Source: Zygophlyctis sp. KS116 (taxonomy: Eukaryota; Fungi; Chytridiomycota). Taken from it: 16,911 nucleotides of DNA. Shown piece by piece: positions 10,077 to 16,911 of this stretch (the first letter of the stretch is position 1; every line of letters begins with the position of its first letter). A program made the translations under genes and the position numbers. The DNA lies in NCBI GenBank assembly GCA_054661495.1, contig BAAFSQ010000219.1, forward strand, positions 1-16,911, given 5' to 3'. Below the pieces are notes generated by a model that did no database searches, was not told the origin of the DNA, and was given only the letters and a program-made list of their open reading frames with translations.

Positions 10077-11118
10077 TTAAACTTTCCAGTAACACTCTAT
10101 AAATGAAGATAAATTGTTCCAGCGATTGAACTGAAAAGATTCTCTGCAACCTTAGCCTTGAGACTATCCTGGACACTAGAGACTCTTCAGACTCTCCAAG
10201 AGAATCATTAATATTTCCAAATCCATCAATACAATAAAGTATAGACAAGAGTGTAATAAAAGTACCTGTTCTTCCTACTCCTGCTGAACAATGTACAAGT
10301 ATTCTATCTTGTCCTAATTTATATATAGGAAGACATGTTTTTAACAATTTCAATACCTTTTTAGAATCAGATCCAGAATGATCAGGCCAATCTTTAAAGT
10401 GATAATATGTAATTCTTTTTTCAACACCATTAAAAGATAATGAAAGAGAATAAATAGAAAAATTTGAATTTTCATTCAAATCAAGAGTCACAACTCTTAA
10501 AATTTGACTAAAATTAAATTCCTGATTTAAATTTGGCCAATATTTACAACATTTAACTCTTCCACCTTCTTCTTCTCGAGTTAGATTATAAATACAAGAA
10601 ATATTTTGATTATAAACTAGAGTCCAAAAATCCATTATAGTATCTGGTAGCGGTCCTTGTGTAGCAATTAAATGTGATTTTGATTTTTCAAATCCAATTT
10701 CAGTAGAAAAAGTAAAATCTGGTTGAATAAATGATGCATTAATATAATCTTGATCATTATATAGTACTACTGGAGGAATTACAGAATCTGCAATCAACTT
10801 TACACGATTATAGTCCCAAGGTAAAACATCTCTATACCTATTTTTTTCAAAATTTAAAGTTGCAGAATTTGTAGAGAATGAGATTGAATTTCTATCAATT
10901 TTCGAGAATTCGTCCGAGAGAATAGAGTAAATTTCTTCTGGACAATGATTTGAAAATCTATTTAACCATTTAATTTCAACTTTGGACGCTAAATCAGGGA
11001 ATTTGGACACTGATTCTATAAAATGAGAATTTAATTTTTTCATATTTAGCGAGGGAGGCTCTTCTTCCTTTTCCTGTTTGATGATTAAATTACTAGTAGA
11101 AATTAGAGGCGGTTTCAT
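10069..11118 (-). CDS. Classical non-receptor protein tyrosine phosphatase
   Basis: KNRY, DYINAS, IATQGP, KCxxYWP, WPDH, the VHCSAGVGRTG P-loop and Q-loop QSLEQF are all present. First in-frame ATG is 11118 (the ORF track starts at a TTG); ATG 11043 is an alternative. Confidence 0.95.
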   Translation of the reverse strand: MKPPLISTSNLIIKQEKEEEPPSLNMKKLNSHFIESVSKFPDLASKVEIKWLNRFSNHCPEEIYSILSDEFSKIDRNSISFSTNSATLNFEKNRYRDVLPWDYNRVKLIADSVIPPVVLYNDQDYINASFIQPDFTFSTEIGFEKSKSHLIATQGPLPDTIMDFWTLVYNQNISCIYNLTREEEGGRVKCCKYWPNLNQEFNFSQILRVVTLDLNENSNFSIYSLSLSFNGVEKRITYYHFKDWPDHSGSDSKKVLKLLKTCLPIYKLGQDRILVHCSAGVGRTGTFITLLSILYCIDGFGNINDSLGESEESLVSRIVSRLRLQRIFSVQSLEQFIFIYRVLLESLNE

Positions 11119-11206
11119 TTGAACAACTCTTGCACACAAACCTGCCTATTACCTTTATTTCCTTGTCACATCAACCCTCAAGTACAACACTTGTAACCTA
11201 TTGTTA

Positions 11207-11227
11207 ACACACTACACACTACACACT
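11207..11227. repeat. (ACACACT)3 tandem repeat in a divergent intergenic region
   Basis: Three exact copies; a doubled aaacaggaa follows at ~11279-11299. Confidence 0.8.
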
Positions 11228-11324
11228 CAGAGCTATAGGTAAACGAAAAACTTTTACAGGAGAATTTTAAACAATTTGAAACAGGAAAAACAGGAAAACG
11301 CTCAAATTTTCACGTTTCGGACAA

Positions 11325-12173
11325 ATGAAATTTAATCTGCTCTTGCTATCATCAGTAGCTGCAAAAACAATGAATGGATTCTTTCAGGATTTTGAGAATA
11401 ATTGGGTTCCGGAAACCCAAAAGATTATCATTGACAAGATATCAAACATGTTTCCACAAAGATCAGATCTAAAAACTTTTATTCAAAAAGATTTACTGGA
11501 ACCAAGTCTAAAAGACTTTAAAAGAGATTTACAATTCGAGTCTCTAGATGCAAAATCATTAGTTGGGAAAATGACTGTTTCTTGGAAAAAATCAGTTTTA
11601 AAGAATTGGAAAGTTTGGAAAGAGAATTTAGTGATTTCATCTGCTAAAAATTTGGAGAATATGGGATCTCACAGTACAAAATTTAGGAATTTAGTAAAAA
11701 AATCTACAAGAACAGTTTACAAACGTATTGTCAGGATGGATCATGCAATTTCTAATCTAGTGAGTATATTTTGGATTTTCTTTGTAAATTTATTCACAAG
11801 AGCAGCTCAAACTCCAGATAGGATTATAAACAAGTTTTATGGTGTCATTGAAGAAGGTGGGAATATGATCGGACAAGGTGTTTTAAAGTCTATAAAGAAT
11901 TCTGGATATACACAAGTTCTTATAGATAATCTACATGATGTAATTGAAGAAAGTGGGGCCAGAGTAAGTAGAGGAGTTTTCAAAGAGTTGGAAAATAACA
12001 AGGAAAATTTACATTTGGAATTTGGTCATAAAACAGGTTCTGCTTTTGTGTCTGGTGCATTTCAGCAAATTATAATGTATGTGGCTATTTTGTTCTTTGT
12101 GACTTTACCATTTTTGATTGTGTTTGCTGCTGTTCGATATTTTGAAGTTTCTTTTTATGAAGCGAACGACTGA
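11325..12173 (+). CDS. Unknown-family secreted/type I membrane protein, paralogue 1 (282 aa)
   Basis: Signal-peptide-like start MKFNLLLLSSVAA and a C-terminal hydrophobic helix. N-domain (WVP...DL[LI][ED]P...WxxWxxN) and C-motif align by eye with the downstream paralogues. Confidence 0.8.
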   Translation: MKFNLLLLSSVAAKTMNGFFQDFENNWVPETQKIIIDKISNMFPQRSDLKTFIQKDLLEPSLKDFKRDLQFESLDAKSLVGKMTVSWKKSVLKNWKVWKENLVISSAKNLENMGSHSTKFRNLVKKSTRTVYKRIVRMDHAISNLVSIFWIFFVNLFTRAAQTPDRIINKFYGVIEEGGNMIGQGVLKSIKNSGYTQVLIDNLHDVIEESGARVSRGVFKELENNKENLHLEFGHKTGSAFVSGAFQQIIMYVAILFFVTLPFLIVFAAVRYFEVSFYEAND

Positions 12174-12262
12174 TTTTTAATTTTTTTACAAAATTTACAA
12201 TTTCTTTTACTGATTGCATTCAATGGATCGCATCTAATACAATTCATCTAAAACAATTGTTG

Positions 12263-12715
12263 TCTAGTCTAATTCCCACCACTAACCCTGTCTTTTTTCT
12301 CATGAAAGTTGGCATCATTCAACTCTTAATATTGCTCCATGGGTTAATGCCAGTGTTGGGCAGTCATGCTGAATCTTTTTGGAATCATTTGGCTCATGAT
12401 TGGGTCCCTGTTTTACATAAAACGGTCTTTAATCAGATTGCACCATTGGTTCCAAAAGATAAAATTGTGGCACTTGAGAATTCTATTAAAAATGATCTGA
12501 TCGATCCGATTCTAGTTGTATATAGAAGAAGACTGAAATCTTTTGATGATGATCATCTAACCATTACTGCATTTGATGCTTCCTTGGCTTGGATTAATTC
12601 TGCAAAAAAGCAATGGAATCATTGGTCCAAAAATATATTTCCACTCGTAATGAAGGATCCAAAAATGTATTTTTTTTTATTTTAATTAGTCAGTCTAAAA
12701 AGAAGTTTGAAAGAT
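12263..12715 (+). repeat. 453-nt direct repeat, copy 1
   Basis: No mismatch found by eye against 13787..14239 (offset 1524); covers the 5' flank, exon 1, intron 1 and the start of exon 2. Confidence 0.95.
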
Positions 12716-13704
12716 GATTTGGATTCGGATTCGGATTTGGATGATAAGGATACAGAAAAAATCCTATACGGAGAATATAAATCGGTTGATGAACAGACAC
12801 CGACGCCTCCTTTTATCCAAGATACAATTCCTGAATATGAATCAAGTGTAAAGGTGACAAGCAAAGATTACAGTATTTTCTAGATATTAATATAATAGGT
12901 TTAGAGAATTTCTTAAGTTCTAAAAAGTTGAAAGATTCGACATCCAGGCAAACGCATGTCAAGGGTGGTAGTGTAACAGACATTCATTCTTCCTCACCGA
13001 GCTCTGGAAAGAAAAGATTCAAAAATGAGCCTAGTACATTAGAATTACTTGCTCGTGTTTGGGCAGATGTCTTTCTAAGTCTCTTTAGGATTACCAACCA
13101 CGCTTTGACCTTTACAAAGGACAAAATAGCTCAATTGGTAGTTCATATGAGTTTTTTTCTGGTTTATTTAGGAGGATTGAAAACTTTTCTTGGATCAATC
13201 ATTGAACAGATTCAAAAAATGCATAGTTTAACTGTCTCTACCTATAATGAAAATAATCTAAAAAATTCAATCAAATCTTGGCAAATTGCATTCACAAATT
13301 CAGTTTCTCAAATCAAGGAATATCATCCCAAAACTTTAGTAGGTAATGCAAAAGGTTATGCGAATGAAGTTACCCGAGATTTTCTAAGTTCTGTAAACGA
13401 AGGACTTTTAAATTCTGGAGTTGTTGCAGGGCAGGGAGTTATTATTGGAGTGCTTGATGTTATAGAAAAACACGAACACAAACTTCAAAAAGCTTTATCA
13501 ACTATTCATGACGATATTCTATATCTATCTGCAGAGTCAGGAAGACGTAGTGGAGCTGGTTTGCTAGAAGGAGCATATCGTCAATTACTATCCGTCACTA
13601 AAAACATGATTCTAGTTGCTACTCCATTACTGATAATTATGGCATTCGTTAGATTTGCACAGCGAATTTTCTTTGAAAAGACCGAGGTAAAAATTTTGAA
13701 TTAA
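12302..13704 (+). CDS. Unknown-family secreted/type I membrane protein, paralogue 2 (~449 aa, 3 exons)
   Basis: ATG 12302. Introns 12667-12693 (27 nt) and 12873-12898 (26 nt; an in-frame alternative acceptor lies at 12904) join the ORFs into 1350 nt. Layout: signal peptide, acidic linker, C-terminal TM. Confidence 0.78.
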
Positions 13705-13786
13705 CATTAATTAGTAACTGGTGCTAATTTTTGATCATACTCAAGCTTCAAGCAAAAAATAAAATTTATTATGACCCCATAATGCT

Positions 13787-14239
13787 TCTAGTCTAATTCC
13801 CACCACTAACCCTGTCTTTTTTCTCATGAAAGTTGGCATCATTCAACTCTTAATATTGCTCCATGGGTTAATGCCAGTGTTGGGCAGTCATGCTGAATCT
13901 TTTTGGAATCATTTGGCTCATGATTGGGTCCCTGTTTTACATAAAACGGTCTTTAATCAGATTGCACCATTGGTTCCAAAAGATAAAATTGTGGCACTTG
14001 AGAATTCTATTAAAAATGATCTGATCGATCCGATTCTAGTTGTATATAGAAGAAGACTGAAATCTTTTGATGATGATCATCTAACCATTACTGCATTTGA
14101 TGCTTCCTTGGCTTGGATTAATTCTGCAAAAAAGCAATGGAATCATTGGTCCAAAAATATATTTCCACTCGTAATGAAGGATCCAAAAATGTATTTTTTT
14201 TTATTTTAATTAGTCAGTCTAAAAAGAAGTTTGAAAGAT
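13787..14239 (+). repeat. 453-nt direct repeat, copy 2
   Basis: Matches 12263..12715; similarity decays in the GGATT-repeat acidic tract just after it. Confidence 0.95.
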
Positions 14240-15853
14240 TATTTGGATTTGGATGATAAGGAGGATGAAGAAGTAGCGGACAACAACCGTGATGATTCTC
14301 TGGAGGACATTGATATATTGGACCACGATATATCATGTCCTTGGATAAATGAATTAGGGGAGTCGATGTCAGGGTCAGAATGGTCTGGATCGCAAGAAAA
14401 TACACCGATAGCGAAGAAGGTTGCACTTATGAAATGTTTTCTAGAAGCTTCAACTTTTGATATGAAAATGAAGCGCATACAGAAGAAGATCCGGCACAGC
14501 TTTGATATGATTGAAGGCGCTGGGAAAGGTTCTGATGAGTCTATTCCTTCTCTTGAACTTTCCGTTGATTCGGAATCTAGTGATAGTTATGAAGTGGATC
14601 AAAAGCCTAGTGGAGGTACTCTCAAGAATAAAATCAGTGCATATGAAATTTATAAAGCTAAAAGTGATTATGCTCATTCAGAATCTTCAAAGAATGTAAA
14701 ATCTTCAAAACTTCTAAAGGATCAAAAGCTCCAAAATGTTCTCAGGGATGGGACTATTGAGGATTTAGAAACATTGTTTGGTGGTGGTGGTAAAGATGTT
14801 GGAATTCAAAGAAACAAGAATTGTTTCCGGAGTTGTATGGTATCTAGGTTATTCTTTTATTTGCTCGTGGGGTTTAAATTAATTCCTAATAGTATGCATA
14901 TTCCGGTTGTGTTAGTTATCATGGCTTGGCATGGAATCATGGGCAACATGTCTCCCAAAGATCGCATAAAAAACGAAAATAAGGATGATAGTAAAGAAAT
15001 AATTGAAGAATTTATACATGATATTGATATGCTTAAGGAAGATCCAGATTTAATGAAGGATAGTAATCAAATTGTCTATTGGTATCGTCAAAAAATAGAA
15101 AATGAATTGAAACACAGCAGCACACAAGGTCAGAAAATATCCTCTCAATATTCTAAACAGTTGAAATATCTCACAAAAGACAGGGGTCAAACTTCTAAAT
15201 CTTATTGGAAAACAATGGAAAATAAACTTAAAAGCCTCCTAAGGGGATTCAGTCAATTAGCAAATCAATCCAAACGAATAATAGAATTGGAACTTCAAGA
15301 TTTAATTAATAATGGAAGACTTGCAGGACAATACTATCAAGATAAACTGCAAAATGAATTAAACTATTTAATTGATTTAAGTAAACAAATCGCAATATCT
15401 TATCAAGTAAAGACTGGAAATGAATTGAAATATATTCTTAGGGAAAGCACTCAATTAGCTCTATCTTATCCTGAAAGGGGAATAGGTGAACTTTATACAT
15501 CTATTGACTATCTTTGGAGAGTATTCAGTTATAATGTGGATTCATCATTAATTTCACTTCGTAACACTGCTAGAAAGGGTGGTTACGCACTTGGGGAATC
15601 TGCTGGAAAAGGTGCAGTTAATCATATTGCTAGAGCTGGTAGAAAAAGGTTTAAATCGCTCAAGAATACCGAAGTTATGATTCATAACATTGCATTTGAA
15701 TCTGCAGAGCGAGTTGGTGCTGGAGTGTATTTTGGTTTTCAAAGGCAATTGTTATCAGGAATCGTTCGGGTCTTATTTTTGGTGATCCCAACATCCTTGA
15801 TTGGATTATATATATATCAATTCAAAGATGAATACTTTGGAGTAAATAAATAA
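13826..15853 (+). CDS. Unknown-family membrane protein, paralogue 3 (~666 aa); may be two genes, with a fourth starting at ATG 14894
   Basis: Intron 14191-14217 (27 nt) joins exon 1 in frame to ORF 14231..15853. Internal signal-peptide-like segment at 14894; 22-aa repeats; family C-motif and TM. Confidence 0.7.
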
Positions 15854-15892
15854 CTTGTAAATCTATTTTGAAAAATTTGTGGCGTTTTTAAC

Positions 15893-16911
15893 ATGAGTGA
15901 AGCCGAGAGATTACTGAATTCAGCCAGTCCTGATCAAGATCAATCTTTGCAAGACTGCACTATACCGGAATACTTTGCAAGTTTAAGAGCATTTGCCATG
16001 GCTGATTTTAGTTTAGATCTTAATCCCCCAACGGATTCATTGATCCCATTCTCAGACCATCCAATAGAAAATCAAATACCGCCAGTAACTACTGTTTCTA
16101 CATCTGATTTTATGCAAATTGTTGAAGATGTTAGAGAAGCAATTTCATGTGGAATACATCCGATCTTGATTTCTAAAGGATCGTCTGGATCTTACTTTTG
16201 CAGGAATAAATTGGGTGAAATTGTGGGTGTATTCAAGCCAAAAGATGAAGAACCATATGGTAATATATTTTGCATTTTATAATAGGAAATATGAATCCTA
16301 AATGTACTAAATGGATTCATCGCAATCTCTTTCCATGTTGTTTTGGACGAGATGCATTAATTTCTAATTTGGGATATGTAATAACTCATGAATGATAACT
16401 TAGATAAGCGAAGCTGCAGCTTCTTTTATAGATTCTAGATTAGGCCTTGGAATAGTTCCAAGAACCGAAATTGTTTATTTGTCATCTCCTGTATTTTCTT
16501 ACACAAATCTACAACGTCGGGCCACTAGTAGAGGTCGATTTAAATGTCTCCCTCCGAAAATTGGAAGTTTCCAACTTTTTGTTAATGGATATACAGATGC
16601 ATCTGTATTTTTTACTAAAGGATATGATAAATTACATTCTTTATCTCCAAATACTCTACTATCTGAAAAATCCAGTGCTGATTTTTGGACAGAGATTGAA
16701 AAACAAAGATTTCGTTTATCTTTTGAAAAAATGGTTATATTAGACTATTTAATTAGACAAACTGATCGATCTATGGATAACTGGATGATTAAAGATCTTG
16801 TAAAAGACTCTGAAAGGGAAATTTCGTAATTTTGTTGACTTATTGTATAGATTAGCAGCCATTGATAATGGATTAGCCTTCCCTTTTAAACATCCAGATA
16901 GTGTAAGGTCT
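15893..16911 (+). CDS. LSB6: Phosphatidylinositol 4-kinase type II (Lsb6/PI4K2), 3'-truncated by the window edge
   Basis: Motifs GSSGSYF, VFKPKDEEPYG, FPCCFGR, SEAAA, KIGSFQLFV, LDYLIRQTDRSMDNW and AAIDNGLAFPFKHPD. Introns at 16260-16285 (26 nt), 16378-16403 (26 nt) and 16826-16850 (25 nt) restore the frame. Confidence 0.95.

Noticed and set aside
12263-14239. 453-nt direct repeats as the LTRs of a retroelement
   Set aside because: No TG..CA termini or gag/pol; the repeat is a coding exon plus intron of the flanking gene family.
4684-16911. Functional signalling cluster (cyclase, Sds22, PTP, PI4K)
   Set aside because: Signalling genes are common and there is no evidence of co-regulation; only the PTP/Sds22 junction is concrete.

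Overview
AT-rich, very gene-dense eukaryotic DNA in the standard genetic code. I infer 13 GT-AG introns of only 25-29 nt from frame restoration. The gene set (Lsb6-type PI4K II, Sds22, classical PTP, LLADPRVDPS-type ankyrins) suggests an early-diverging, chytrid-like fungus; this is inference only. From left to right the window holds: (1) two tandem F-box-like/ankyrin-repeat paralogues on the minus strand, each disrupted by a single lesion and built from reshuffled near-identical 93-nt units; (2) an orphan multipass membrane protein; (3) an 8-exon, ~1362-aa, 12-TM double-domain class III nucleotide cyclase whose two catalytic half-domains are in reverse order relative to mammalian adenylyl cyclases, yet with an ATP-type pocket; (4) an Sds22-like LRR gene that overlaps a protein tyrosine phosphatase by 8 nt and could be fused to it by a 28-nt intron; (5) a tandem cluster of 3-4 paralogous, unrecognised signal-peptide/C-terminal-TM proteins with Gly-zipper motifs, an identical 453-nt 5' cassette shared by two members, and apolipoprotein-like 22-aa repeats in one; (6) the 5' part of a type II PI 4-kinase.
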